The notes below the pieces were generated by a model, which saw only the letters and a program-made list of their open reading frames with translations, was not told where the DNA came from and searched no databases. A DNA stretch of 64,000 bases from Azolla caroliniana (lineage: Eukaryota; Plantae; Polypodiophyta), in assembly GCA_043228905.1 (NCBI GenBank), contig JBHGNT010000005.1:14322001-14386000 (forward strand), given 5' to 3'. The translations under genes and the position numbers were made by a program. Position 1 is the first letter of the stretch. The number at the start of each line of letters is the position of its first letter. Below are positions 1 through 14,000 of the stretch, piece by piece.

Positions 1-3000
1 GTACTGAACTGTGGAGATGACAAGATTGTAAATGAAGATATGCTCGGAACTGGTAAATTCAGCAATGATAGTGTGATTCCATTGGGTAAGTTCTTTAGTG
101 CAAACCAAGAGGAAGATATGGTGGAATTTATTGTAAATAGAGATTTTGAGACCTCTAATACTTTCTATGTTACAGATATTCATCCCACTTCTGAAGAAAT
201 AAAAGAATATCATAGTAATGGAAGCATAGATGATACAACAACTTCACAAGTTGAAATTTCTTGCTGTTCTGAGAAAACAGGCCAGGAATCGATAGAGAAA
301 TCTGTTACTTCACATGAAGATGCCAAAGAAGGCAAGGTGGATAATAGGGAAGTTAATTCTGGAGAGAAAGAAGAGACTTCACTAGAAGCAGATCATAATG
401 GGATCGGGAAAGAAGCTACTGGAAATGTGAAACAATGGCAAAATGATGAGACAGCTAACTTAGCCACTGGTGAGAGAGAAGAAATCCCGAAAAGGGAATT
501 GATGGATGAAGTTGTTGATCGAGAAGAAGAGAACACACAAAATAACAATGAGGAAGAAGCAGAAGCAGAAGAAAAAACATATGGGTTTTCAATCACAAGT
601 GTAGAACTGATTGAATCCTTGATTACAGAAGATATGCCTTCTAATTTTAATCAAGAACCTTTAATAAAGGCTCCTGGAATACCGGAAGTAGACGAGAATA
701 GTGGAGTAAAGACATCAGATGAGGTTGAAGCAAGGCCAAGCGAAGAAGTGATAGTTGAGAAAGACGAGATTGCAAATGCACCTCTGACAAGAGAAGAAAA
801 CAAGAAAACAGAAGAGATAATGAAACCAAAGAATGAGACAGGTAAGGTGGAGAGAAAAGGTAGTACTAATAAAACCATTTTGAGAAAATATCGTGTTTTC
901 TGAAAAACTCTATTTTATGATTGCAGAAGGAAACCCTAAGTCTTCAACAGGTCAGAGCTCCACCAATACACCAACGACAACAATTACTGGTGCCCCTGCT
1001 GGCCTTGGAAGTTCAATACCCTCCTTAGAGGCTACATCACGAATTATTCAACGAGGCAGTGGTAGATTCTCACGCCAAGCTCTGGTACCAAATGAAGAAA
1101 ACCAGTCAAATGATGAGGTTTCTGAAGGTGGTGATGAAGCAAGAGAGAAATTACATCAGATCCGAGTCAAGTTTCTGCGCTTAGCTCATAGACTTGGGCA
1201 ATCTGCACATAATGTGGTTGTTGCTCAAGTTTTGTATAGGCTGGGATTAGCAGAACAACTTCGCGGGGGTCAGAGTAGTGGTAGAACAGGGTCTTTTAGC
1301 TTTGAAAGGGCAAGCTTGCTAGCAGAAGAGCAAGAATCAGCTGGTGCAGAGGATTTGGACTTTGGATGTACTATCATGGTTCTCGGAAAGAGCGGTGTAG
1401 GGAAGAGTGCAACAATCAATTCTTTGTTTGATGAGATTAAAACTCAAACAAATGCTTATAGTCCTGCAACGAATAAAGTTAAGGAGATTGTTGGTACAAT
1501 CCATGGCATCAAGCTAAGAGTCATAGATACACCTGGTCTTTTGACTTCTTTCGGTGATCAACCCAGGAATCAAAGGATTATGTCATCAGTGAAGAGATAC
1601 ATCAAGAAGTCACCACCTGATATTGTTCTATATTTTGATAGATTGGACATCCCAAGTAGGGATTATGGTGATTTGCCTATACTCCGAACCATCACTGATA
1701 CTTTTGGTGCTGCAGTTTGGTTCAATGCCATTGTTGTGCTTACACATGCATCATCAGCTCCTCCAGATGGTGCTAATGGTGTACCCGTGAGTTATGAGAT
1801 GTTTGTTGCACAACGATCACACATAGTTCAACAAACAATTCGCCAAGCAGCAGGGGATATGAGACTTATGAACCCTGTCTCTTTAGTGGAGAATCATGGT
1901 TCATGCCGAAGGAACAGATCTGGACAACGTGTTTTGCCCAATGGCCAAGTGTGGAAGCCACAACTCCTACTTCTATGCTTTGCATCAAAAATCTTGGCTG
2001 AAGCAAATTCTCTTCTAAAGCTACAAGATAATACTCCAACTAAGCCTTTTGGGGTTCGATCTAGGGTCCCACCCTTGCCATTTTTGCTCTCATCATTGCT
2101 ACAATCACGAGCACCTTTGAAACTCCCTGATGATCAGATGGGTCGGGATGACGATGACGATGAATCTTCTGAGGATGAAGAATCGGATTCTGATGGTGAG
2201 GAAGATTATGATGATCTACCTCCTTTCCGACGCCTGACAAAGGATGAACTAAACTTGCTTGACAAAGAACAAAAAAGAATATACTTTGAAGAATTAGAAT
2301 ACCGAGAGAGGCTCTTCATCAAGAAGCAATTGAAGGAGGAGAGGATAAGAAAGAAAGAAATGAAGAGAAGGATGGCTGCATTGCCAAAGGATGTATCAGA
2401 ATATGTTGATGAGGTTATGGAAGAGGAAGAGAACTCTTCTGCAGTAGCAGTACCTATGCCAGATATGGCATTGCCTCCTTCGTTTGATTCAGACAATCCT
2501 ACCTATAGATATAGGTATCTTGACATGCCAAACCAATTTCTGGTTCGTCCTGTGTTAGAAACTCATGGTTGGGATCATGATAGTGGCTATGATGGTATAA
2601 ATGTAGAGAAAATGTTTGTAGTATCAAAGAAAATACCAGCTTCAGTGTCAGGTCAAATCACTAAGGACAAGAAAGAAGCTAATCTACAGATGGAATGTGC
2701 AGCATCATTCAAGAATGGGGCAAACAAGGTTAGTCAAGCAGGGATAGATATACAAACAATCGGGAAGGATCTTGCATACACTTTCCGAGGTGAGACAAAG
2801 TTCAATAACTTTAAGAGAAACAAGACCACTTGTGGGCTCTCTGTTACTGTGTTGGGTGACACTGTGGCTGGGGGTATGAAGGTAGAGAATCACAAAATGT
2901 TTGGGAAGAGAGCGAAATTAGTTGTGAATGGTGGTGCTCTTACAAGTCGTTCGGATGTTGCTTATGGTGGAAGTTTAGAGGCCACTATAAGAGATAAAGA

Positions 3001-3259
3001 CTACCCTATTGGGCAATTTATGTCTACCCTCGGACTCTCAGTCATGAATTGGCATGGAGATCTTGCAATCGGTGGGAATTTGCAAGTGCAACTAAAGGCA
3101 GGTAAGACTATGCTCATAACCCGAGGAAACTTGAATAATAGAGGAGCTGGCCAGGTTACTATTAGGGCTAGTAGTGCTGAACAAGTGCAGATGGCATTAA
3201 TAGGGTTGATTCCTTTGCTTCGAACTCTTATTAATAGTAGACAATCAACCTCCAACTAA
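1..3259 (+). CDS. TOC132: Toc159-family chloroplast outer-envelope import receptor GTPase (TOC132/TOC120-like), 5'-truncated; exons <1-841 and 927-3259
   Basis: Acidic N-terminal A-domain (open from base 1). AIG1/Toc G-domain with GKSGVGKS, DTPG, FDRLD and THA motifs. C-terminal M-domain (PDMALPPSFDSDNP, GWDHDSGYDG). A GT...ttgcAG intron at 842-926 joins ORFs 40..903 and 893..3259 in frame (G|AA GGA). Confidence 0.93.
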
Positions 3260-4806
3260 TCTTCAGCTTACTCTTGAGGTTTAACTTGGTTTAGGGTTAG
3301 AAGGTTAAGATTTAGGTTTCAGGATATATGAGGGGTTAAGGAAGATGGGAGGCTGATAATATAGGTGATTATGCATTGTCAAACTCTTTTTTTGTTTTGT
3401 TTTTGGGTATCGAGAGGATTTGCAAAATAAAAGCAGCATTTTTATTATTATCCTGGTAGGATGTATTATCTAGAGTTCTTAGTGTAGTAGGATATAGAAC
3501 CTTCTCCTCTCTCCTGACTTGCTTTGAGCATAGATTTGCCAGAAATGTTTCTTGAGATGTAATAATTTGAAGAGTATGTGGACAATGCGGCAAAGCAATT
3601 TTTTTTAGAACTCTTCTACATATCTTTTTTTGTATGTGGAGAAGTCTACTTTGTTTTGAGCTTCCTATGTCTAGTGTCGTGTCTAGGCTTGAATGTTCAT
3701 GTGTAGTTCTTTGAACTTGTTTTCTAATGTGTTTATATTAATTTTAATGTATTTCTTACCTGAACACCCTTCATATGAGCCACCATGCAACTGGTGGATA
3801 GATTCTACTGTACCAAATGTTTATTTAGAAATCTTCAATATTCTACTACTGTGTTGTCTAGGCGTAATAGTAAGTTGGGAAGATAGAGGATAAATAAAAA
3901 TGGGTTCTAGATAGATATTCTAAAAGCTGATTTTTGCAAATTGATTGCGAAAAAAATAAAAAGGATAGATTATGTTGAAAGCAAACGAATGGAAGACAAG
4001 AAGAAAAGGTCCTTTCTTATTGTAAATCGTTATATAGATGGCATCAATTTTTGTGGTTAAGTGGCATTTGTGTGTCCTATAGGTACATTATGATGTATAC
4101 AAAAGATTTAGATAAAGCTACTTCGAGTACCCCAAAAAGTATTCTAGATATCGCTCGATTAACTCCCCACATGTAACAAAGGATGTGATGTGGAGGGGTG
4201 GTTTCACCGTTCAACCCATTTGCTGACATGATTCCTGTACGTTCTGGGGTTACGTGACTTGCCATTAGTTTTCCATATGTGGATACATCCCTTTCTTTTA
4301 AGAGAAATTCCTGAATTATCATGTTTCACTAGCCTTTGTAGCATCTTAAGAGTTTTCATATAAGCACATGGGATGTCTTCCTTTTAGCACAAAATTGTAG
4401 CATCTCCTGGTCTCTTGCTTCCACTAAATAATTTACCTTTGAAAACACTCTAGATAGGTTCCCAAACACAAGTTTGCCTTCCCTAATACAGAGCATTACA
4501 TGGTCTCTTGCGCTCGCTGAAAATAATTACATTTATTATCAACTATAAGGTCACTAAAATTAAGTGTTGGATATTAATGTAGCTACAAAGTTATTTTAGT
4601 TCCAAAAAGGACTGGATGTTACCTTTTAGATGTAATAAAATTATGGAACGGTAGAAAAATGTAGATGCATTTACATGTGCTCCTAAACAGTCCCAAAGTG
4701 AGTTGGGACAGACCCAATGAGTCCCAAAACAAGCTGGTATGGGCTTGGGACAAACTAAGCAAGGTTTGGATTGGGACAAACCCAATCAATCCCAAATTTG
4801 TGAGTA

Positions 4807-5313
4807 GTCCCAAATGCCGTTGGGACTTGGGAAATACCCAATCCTAGACCATGCTATAGAAGCAACAATGTCCCAGTCTGAACAACCTGCCAAAGGGAAG
4901 CCCAAGAGCCACCTCATGGTCTAATGTCAAGGAAGACCAAGAGTCACTGGTGGTAACTGAATAGTCACCTGTTGGCTTATATATGGAGAAGCTTCTCCTC
5001 ATTTGGATTCACCTCTTAACCGAACAGTCCCAAACGCAGTTGGGACTCGAGAAATACCCAGTCCTAGACCATGTTATAGAAGCAACACCGACCTAGTCCC
5101 AATGAGCTGCCAAAGGGAAGCACAAGAGCCACCTCGTGGTCTAATGTCAGGGAAGACCAAGAGTCACCTCTTGGCTTATATATGGAGGAGCTTGTTCTCA
5201 TTTGGATTCATTCCCGAGTTCTCAATTTTGTCTCTCTCTCTCTGTAATAGGGGACATACCCTGGCTTATATATGGAGGAACTTGTTCTCATTTGGATTCA
5301 TTCCTGAGTTCTC

Positions 5314-5350
<37 letters not shown>

Positions 5351-5370
5351 TAATAGGGGACATACCCCAT
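4807..5370. repeat. Imperfect local direct duplications plus (CT)n microsatellite; probable LTR remnant
   Basis: ~4807-5010 resembles ~5026-5210, and ~5170-5260 resembles ~5262-5370. (CT)n at ~5317-5347. Followed by cacaaca and a Met-type PBS at 5520. Confidence 0.6.
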
Positions 5371-5519
5371 ACCCTTTTCTTTGATTGATCCCAATATTGG
5401 GATGGTTGTAACCTTGTATCTCTTTCATATAATAAAGACCATCTTTTTGTCTCACTTCTCGCGTTTGCAGTCGTGTTTCCGTGTGTTTCAAGATCCCCAT
5501 CATTTAGGGACACAACACT

Positions 5520-5531
5520 TGGTATTAGAGC
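5520..5531 (+). promoter_or_regulatory. Primer-binding site, tRNA-iMet type
   Basis: TGGTATTAGAGC (one mismatch to TGGTATCAGAGC), 2 nt after an AACA LTR-like end. Confidence 0.65.
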
Positions 5532-5694
5532 AGGGCACAAGCTTGCAATTGGGTGGTCTACACTTAGCCGTTCTTCCACTTGTCTTCTTGTCCAATCCTT
5601 CCTCAGCTTCTTCAACTGTTCTGAAATCGGATTCCTCATCTGATTGGGCTTCTTGAACTTCGTCTCTCTCCCTTTTGCCCTTGCTTCGACTTTC

Positions 5695-7537
5695 ACTTCT
5701 CCCCCTCAAGTTCGGCAGGTTGAGATGTTGTAAGCCCAACATAGTAAAAAATTGGTGCAACTTGTCTAGGCCGAGAGGTTTGGTGAAGATATCATCCAAC
5801 TGCCAATCTGTTGGAACATACATGAGTTCCACTTCACCGGAAAGAACTCAAGTGATAGTGCACCTCAATGTGTTGTGTGTGAGTGTGGAAGACATGGTTG
5901 TTGGCTAGCTGAATACTACTAAGGTTTTCACAATATATTACTATCGGATTGACGAACTCCACTCGTAGATCCTTCAATAGCCTCTTAAGACATATGGCTT
6001 CGTATGTCACAACAACCACTGCTCTGTATTCGGCCTCGGTGCTCGATAGTACAATTGTCGGTTGCTTCTTATTGCTCTAGATGATCGCGACACTTCCAAA
6101 TGAAAACTTATATTGCATGTAGACCTGTGATCGTTGGCCCAATCGACATCAGTGTATAGGAGTTCCACTTCACCGGAAAGGACTTGCTCGCGTACAAAGT
6201 GATAGTGCACCTCAATGTGTTGTGTGTGAGCGTGGAAGACATGGTTGTTGGCTAGTTGAATACTACTGAGGTTTTCACAGTATATTACTATCGGATCGGC
6301 AAACTGCACTCGCAGATCCTTCAATAGCCTCTTAAGACATATGGCTTTGCATGTCACGAAAACCGCTGCTCTATATTCGGCCTCGGTGCTCGACAATACA
6401 ATTGTTGGTTGATTCTTACTGCTCTAGGTGATCACAACACTTCCAAATGAAAACGTATATTGGATGTAGACTTGTGATCGTCGGCCCAATCGACATCAGT
6501 GTAGGCGACCAACTCTTCGGCTACACCGGTTTGATACATCAACGCCTTATCCTTAGTGCCCTTGACATATTTCAATATTCTTTGCGCACACTAAAGGTGT
6601 TCGATGGTCGGGTGCAACATAAATTGACTAATCAGTCCGACCGGGTGATGGTTAGATAAATCAGGCTTCCGAGTGGGCGAAGCTTGACATTCCTGTCAAG
6701 AGGACTTGAGACGGATTTGCAGTCCATCATTCTGAATTTGAAGAGCATACTCAACACATAATTCCTTTGGTTGATCAATGTGCATTCCAAGGTGTGGATC
6801 ACTTCGATCCTGCGCAAATAATGAAGGTCCCCCAGATCCTTCACATCCAATGATGCTGCTAATTGGGACTTGAGGCGGCCGAATTCCTCCACGTCGGCAT
6901 CGATGATGACCAAGTCATCAACATAAAGCAGGATGCTTATTGGCCCGTCCCCCATACCGGAGGAACAAGGATGAGTCCGACTTTGATAGAGCAAACCCCA
7001 TCTTTCGTAGTCGTTGCATAATCTTCTCATTCCAAAAACGGGGGGCTTGGTTCAGTCCGTAAAGGGATTTATTTAGTCAGCAGATGACTGACTCATTCAT
7101 TTTGGATTGAAATCTGGGAGGCTGCACCATATACACTGGTTCCTCAAGGTCTCCTTGCAGGAATGCGTTCTTAACGTCCATCTAGTGCAAATGTCATCCC
7201 TTAGTCGTTGCTACCACCAGCAACACCCGGACGGTCGTCATCTTTGCTACTGACACAAACGTCTCATCATAATTGATGTCGTGTTGTTGTGTGTAGCCCT
7301 TGGCCACTAGTCGGGCCTTGTATCGGTTGACGACGTCGTTGGCGTTGTACTTCACTTTGTACACCCACTTGCATCCGACCTGTGTCACACCTTTGGGGGT
7401 GTCAACCAAGTCCCATGTCTTATTCTACTAAGGCACACATCTCTTCCGCCATTGTGGCTCACCAATTGACGTCCTTCGCTACCTCTGCATAGCTCTTTGG
7501 CTCAGCCACTTCAGACACTTTTGCCATATACACATAA
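5695..7537 (-). mobile_element. Degenerate Ty1/copia RT-RNaseH fragment with polypurine tract
   Basis: Copia motifs GCKWVYKVK..RYKARLVAKGY, LLYVDDLVI, SSTEAEYRA, HIEVHYHFVRE and DIFTKPL. PPT TTGAGGGGGAGAAG (minus strand) at ~5696-5709. Many frameshifts. The RNaseH segment is tandemly duplicated (~5824-6160 / 6160-6500). Confidence 0.9.
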
Positions 7538-8989
7538 TGTTGCGCCATATATTCATTGCACCCGTACCAAATTATGGGGTTCTAGTCAAATATTGGTCTA
7601 TAATGTACATATTCACATTGTATCTTGGACAAACTAGATTTAGGACAAAATTGCAAATATGTCAAAGGGCAGTTGCCCTAGCCCAGTTAGTGTATAATGG
7701 GCTTTGTAACCTAGTTTATTGTTGTTGCTCATCTTGGTTATTGTCACCATTCGTTTGTAACTTTGAGCTTGAATAATACTGTTACATTGTGTGCCTCTCT
7801 CTCTCATTCTGTTCTTTGATCTGCTTTTACTTGTACACTCGGTGATCGTCATCTCAAGGTGTTGTTGATGTTTCCGCACTGACGGCCTCAGACTCCAACA
7901 TCTGGTATTAGAGCTAGGTTCTTCAACTTGCTGACAGGCGTCATCAGCCTTCAACAACATTCTTGCTTCATCTCCCTTGAAGAACTTGAGTTCAAGTTCT
8001 TATCTTGAGAAGAGAAAGAAAACAGAAGATTTGCACTCTACTAAGCTAGATCACCCTTAAGGTAAGCCAGCCGGTAACACCTTGGTTCTGTGATTGCGAC
8101 CGCTCATAGTAGAATCTCTATCAAATTGGCCTTGATCGTGCTTTTTTAGGTAGACACTATCTACTCACTTGTTGTAACCTCTCAAAGCAGATCAGGCTCC
8201 AGGGAACAATCCCAATCCATGTTTCATTTGGCTGAACGACACTCGAGAGGTCCAGTTGGCTCCGTCCCTCTCATCGTTGCAACCACTCGAAGTAGGATCG
8301 GTTTGCATAACTCCGAACAGAGCTTTCCAAAGCTGACACAGATGGCATTAACATCTGGCTCATCAGAGATGAGTCTAAGGAAGTTCGATGACTCGAACTT
8401 CAACTTCTGGAAGGAGCAGATGCAAGACTATCTAATAGTCAAGGGTCACATAGATCCAATCGAGAACGAAAACCCCCTAGAAGGAATCAAGTCGAATGAG
8501 TGGACGAAATTCAATAGAAGTCTCCAAGCCACCATTCGGATGCACCTATCAGAGTGAGTGTACTTCACAGTGCAATCATGTTCGACAACCTTTCAACTAT
8601 GGAAAACATTGTCAGACACTTATGAGAAGACGGTCGCCGCCACAAAGATATATTTGATTCGACACCTCTACAACCTGCAAATGAAAGAATCCGACTCGAT
8701 CCAGGCACACTTGAACGAGTACGAATGTTTAAGCTCCTAGATTTCGGCTCAGGGGACGACAATCGAAGGTGAATTGAGAGCAATGTTACTCATGAGTAGT
8801 TTCCCCTCTTCGCGGGAAACTTTCGTCACAACTGTGTGCAACGCGCGTCCACTGTCGTTGTGAAGTACACCGAAGTTACGAGCGCAATACTGATTGAAAC
8901 AACTTGGAGAAAATCGTTTGCAAAAGATTCGGCAGATGAAGTGTTGAGCGGACAAGCTCAAACGGATCCTAATCGGCTGAATAATCCAG
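7538..8989 (+). mobile_element. 5' part of a Ty1/copia element (LTR ~7538-7900, PBS 7903-7914, degenerate gag 8342-8960)
   Basis: TGTTG...CCAACA-bounded segment, then TGGTATTAGAGC. Copia gag motifs KFDDSNFNFWKEQMQDYL and YEKTVAATKIYLIRHLYNLQMKE. Confidence 0.8.
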
Positions 8990-11064
8990 TGTCATATTAG
9001 ATAGGATGCCACATGGAATTGTGGGGGTTGAACCCATGATCTTTTGATCTTATTGGGCAACCTTACAGTTAAGCTACATCTATCTATGCATTATTGTATT
9101 GTATAAGATTCAGCTTATTACATTGTAGATTGATCACTAGAACTTTCAAGAACCTTCTAGAGAATGCATCTTCATGCACTCTCTAGAAGTTTTCTAGCTT
9201 TCATGCATACCTCCACATTCTTATATAAATACACGTGTGCACCTTGATTACAATCAAGGTGAACAACACCAGTTACCTTCCCATTTGCTAAGCCTCAGTA
9301 TGTTGGATTGTACAGAGAGAATAAATCAGCTCATGGAAGCCATGCATCAACTTCAACTTGAGAATGACGTCCTTCGGGAATCGTTACGGAAGCTTCAAGT
9401 TGGAACACCTATGGAACTCGAAGAAAAAAACAACTCTCCTCCTACATTAACAAATGTTCTACCTATAGAGCCTAGTCCCTAGTCTAGTCTTTCTCCAACT
9501 CCTCCCCATCCCATTAACAAAAGTTCGATGGCACGAGGAAGCACTTTCAAGGGTTCATAAATCAATTTAAACTTATTATCCAACTACAGCCTCAACGGTA
9601 TGCGGATGATTTTCGTCAAGTTGGTCTCTTAGAACCCTTTTGTCAAGACCTGCACAAGCCTGGTTTGCACCATTGGTTGAAACTTCATCACCACTTCCAC
9701 AAAATTTTCTTGCCTTTCTGTTAGGAGGCAACATTTGGGGATACAGACCAACGCCAAACTGCCATTACCAAACTCTATTCATTACATCAAGGTATGCGTC
9801 CGGTATTTGTTTATGCTTCTGAATTTAGACAATTAGCATGTGATGTTCAGTGGGATGGCCAAGTGCTTCACGACCATTTTCGTCGAGGCCTTCGAACTGA
9901 AATTACAAATTTACTACTCAACTTTTCGGAGCCTACGTCATTGTCGCAAGCCATCACACAAGTAGTTAGTTGTGACAATCGGTTGTTTGAGCTTCGTCAA
10001 GAGGAACAAGCAACTTCAAGGTGGCAACCCTCTTCGAGATCTCCTCCATCGTCATCGTATGATGACCCCGTGCCGATGGAAATTGATCGAGCTCGCACCC
10101 CGCCACTCACCGAGGCTGAACGGAGGTATTGCCGAACCAACAGACTATGATTATATTGTGGTGCATCCACCCATCTAATTCGTTTCTGCCCAATCAACAA
10201 TAATCAACGATATATCTACAAACAATACGACAAGACGACCCCAACAACCGGAAAATGACGGTGCTCAACTACAGTAGGAGCCATGTGGTTGGACAATCCG
10301 CATTCATGTCGCTCCCATAGTTCGGCTACATCGATAGAAGATTTCTCTTTTCCGGTAAGCATCCATTTCAAGTCGATTTCAATTAGGTCCTTAGCACTTC
10401 TCGATTCCGGGGCAACAACATGTTTTATGGACGAAAGGTTCATTCGTAAACACAAATTTCTGATTGTCCGATTGTGCAAGCCAATCCCAGTGGAAGTGAT
10501 CGATGGACGCATGCTTTCTTCTGGAGCAGTCACCGAAGCCACTGTGCCACTTATCTTACAGCTTGGGGACCACCAGGAGGTCTTAACATTTTATGTTATC
10601 ACTTCACTGCGACATCCGGTCATCCTTGGTTTGTCTTGGCTAAAGGCACAAAATCCACTTGTCGATTGGCACAATCACTCGATTACTTTCTCCCAAACTA
10701 GCTCAAAGATGCAGGCAGTATCTTATGTTGCAACAACAATATGGCACAAATCGGTTTCAGGCATTCACCCTCCCATTAAAGCAGGAATCAGCTCCAAGGC
10801 GGATGCTCACGTCCCAGTCACAACAAGGAAAATAGTGCATAGTGCCTCTGACTCGAGCAATCCAATGAGGACAGTTGCCGACTACTACCGTCCAAGTATG
10901 AAGACTTCAGGGATGTGTGTAAGAAAATGAATGCTCATCGCTTGCTTGAGCATCGACCCTAGGACTATCTAATCCATCAGCAAGAAGGTGCTAGTCCTTC
11001 CTTCGGCCCAATTTATGGATTGTCAGAACCAGAACTCCAAGCACTCCGAATTCATCTCGACGAG
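8990..11064 (+). mobile_element. 5' part of a Ty3/gypsy chromovirus-type (Tcn1-like) element: LTR, degenerate gag, protease, start of RT
   Basis: Starts TGTCA at 8990; TATA at ~9223. gag motifs AQAWFAPL, YASEFRQLA and PVPMEID plus a degenerate CxxC knuckle. Protease ALLDSGATT and HPVILGLSWL. RT start EHRP..PSFGPIYGLSEPELQALR is cut at 11064. Confidence 0.82.
9021..9080 (-). ncRNA. tRNA-like (A-box/B-box) cassette, antisense in the Tcn1-like LTR
   Basis: Minus strand reads TGTAGCTTAACTGTAAGG...GATCATGGGTTCAACCCCCAC, with tRNA-like spacing between the boxes. Confidence 0.5.
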
Positions 11065-14000
11065 TGTTGTCCGCCGGAATAGTAACCGACGGACAAAAGC
11101 GTAGGAATAAGAAATTATATAAGAGCATAACGCATGTAACGGTTCACGCAGGAAGCATGAACGGCTAATTAGACCCTGCACATATAAAGGGCAGAAAACC
11201 TCTGATGGAGGGCGTGTAATTTTGGGGAATGTAAAGAAACGCCTGATAATAGAATCCTATCTTCTCTGATTTTCTGTGTATAGCTACGCCTAGTTCAGTG
11301 TGGGTGTCTTGAATACTTAAGCATTGTCGTACGTAAGTGTAACCCTTAATAGGGATTCGGTTGTAGCCGTCTTCCCTTATACGCTGATAGGTTACAGCGT
11401 AAAGCCCCGCGGAGGAAGAGGCTCGGGAAACATTTTTGGCAGCTTTACGCTGGCCCATCCGGGCAATGCTCAACAACAATAGCGTGAAAGGGGAAACGGC
11501 GGATATGGTAATTGAACGAGCGTTACAACTTGAGTTGGATGACGAGGAGGAAAGGTTTTCTATGTCCACCTTATGACAAGCGTTACCTCAGGAGGAGGAA
11601 CGCCAATTTCGTCAAGCAATCCAGTGCACGATTTGCTTGAACTCGGGGCATTCTGCAATGGAGTGCAATATGCGAATCCACTGCCCAATCCGCCACTCGA
11701 AGGCTCACACAGTCGACCAATGCGAGTACAATATGTTAAACAGAGCCACTCCCGCAGTCCGCAGCATGGACACACAACGTCAACCACACTGGGCTGAACA
11801 AAGGAGGCAAGAAGACCGACCCCGATATAAGGATCGCAACCCGCGGGAGGACTGGTACAACTGGAATCGTCGGAATCACAATGATTCCGAGGAGGACGAC
11901 CCAGAGGACGAGGATTATTGTGGACATCCGAGTTACGCCAAAGGGGGTCGGCGCTACGAGAATCAACGACCGACAAACAAACGGGGCGGCTTCAATGGCT
12001 ATCGGGGTAAGCCATGGCAATATAGGGATCACCGGCGTTACGATGAAAGCTCGGGGGATGAGCGGCACCAGGAACAACGACAGGACCAACAATAGCCACC
12101 GCGTACGTTCCGACAAACGAGGCCGGACCGCGAAGAGCAAGTAGCACCTGGAGAGCGGCACACACCACCTAGAGCCGAGAAGGGAGAATCAAGCATCCAT
12201 TGTTTTATTTGTCAGCAACCCGGACATTATGCCACGCAATGCCCAACACGCAAGGGAAAGGGGCCCGCTGTCAATACGATTACGACGGAGGTGCAACAAG
12301 TCACGACACGCCAACAAACAAAAACGGCGGATTGGGCTGCGCAAGACGAGGTACGCCGACAAGCCCAAGCGTGGGTGGAAAAAGCAAACGCGACCAATAT
12401 GGAACGTATGCGGCAAGAGTCCGCGAACACAATGGAGCGAACAGAGAACGAAAGACCGGGTCCGGACCCCATTTGGCAGGTGTTAGCAGGCTGTGAAATA
12501 ACGTTAACCATGGAAAAATTGCTACAGCTAGTTCCACGTTTCCGCCAGACCATGGAAGCACAGGTGGCAGGCATACCCGGGGCAAGCGTCACCACAAACC
12601 TAACAGACATCAGCGATGGACCACCGGTGGTGGATCAGCACAACCCGGCTATTACAGTAATATTGCACAGACAGGAAGTTCCTGGATGCGTAATCGACGG
12701 CGGCTCAGGCGTCAATGTAATTAGCGCGAAAACTTGCGAGCAGTTAGGCATTTCCGAATGGGAGGCTGTCCATTCTGGGTCTGCATGGCAGATATCCGCT
12801 CAGTGCGACCGTTGGGGTTAATTCGCAAAATAGGCATCATCGTGGGCAGACACCGCTTCGACATCTCGGCGGTCGTCCTCGCTTTGGAGGCCCCAGGAGC
12901 GTACCCAGTGCTTCTGGGCAGACCATGGCTTCGGACAACAAATATCAAGCAAAGCTGGCAAAACGAGTGTATCAGTTTCTGGCATGGACGCACCAAGGTT
13001 CGCGTACCTACGGAAGTTAGCACGCCACAACCTAAGGGTATAACACCGTTATACGCGGAGGACATAAATATGTTGGCTGGGGTGGAGGATGCAGAATTGG
13101 AGGCGTACCTCGACGAACACCCTCAAATTATTCCGCTGTTCGAAATAGATGTCATAGCAACCGCGGCAGAATATGCCACGACCACTGTTCTCCACGACGA
13201 GCCTTACGAACCAAACCCAGAGTCCATATTGGAACTCAGTAGAGCACGGGCGACGTTCAAAAGGGAAATGGAGATTTCACGACGAGTCACCGCTTCCGCT
13301 CTCGAAGAAGTAAATGTGGGTACGGAATCGGAGCCCCCGTTCATCTCCATCGCAAAGGAATTAAGGCCGGACTAGAGAATCACGATGATCGCACTACTCA
13401 CGGAATATAAAGATGTGTTCGCTTGGGCTCACGATGACATGAAGGGGTTAGATCCCAAGTTCTATCAGCATAAGATCAATTTAGCAACTAACGCGAAACC
13501 TGTCCAGCAGCGCCGCTACCGCATGAACCCCAATTATGCAACCCGCGTGAAAGAAGAAATTGACAAGCTCCTGAAGGCAGGGTTCATACGACCAGTTAAA
13601 CAAGCGACATGGCTAAGCCCGATAGTGGTCGTCCCAAAGAAAAACGGCAAAATACGGGTATGCGTAGATTACCGAAAATTAAACGTCGTAACCATTACAA
13701 ACGCATTTCCCTTACCCTTCACCGATAGCGTGATGGACGTCGTCGCAGGCCATGAGATGTACAGTTTCTTAGATGGCTTCAGTGGGTATAACCAGGTACG
13801 CATGCACCCCGAGGACCAGGAGAAGAAGGCGTTTGTCACGGATTGGGGAGTCTATGTGGTAGTCGTCATGATGTTCGGGCTAAAGACAGCGCCGATAACA
13901 TTTCAACGAACGATTACGGAGATCTTTAGGGAGTACATTCGGTGTTTATGCAAGTTTTTCTAGACGACTTTGTGGTATATGGGGAAACAATAGACCATTT

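Noticed and set aside
40-903. Separate 287-aa gene, or frameshifted pseudogene
   Set aside because: A canonical intron (842-926) joins it in frame to the Toc G/M domains.
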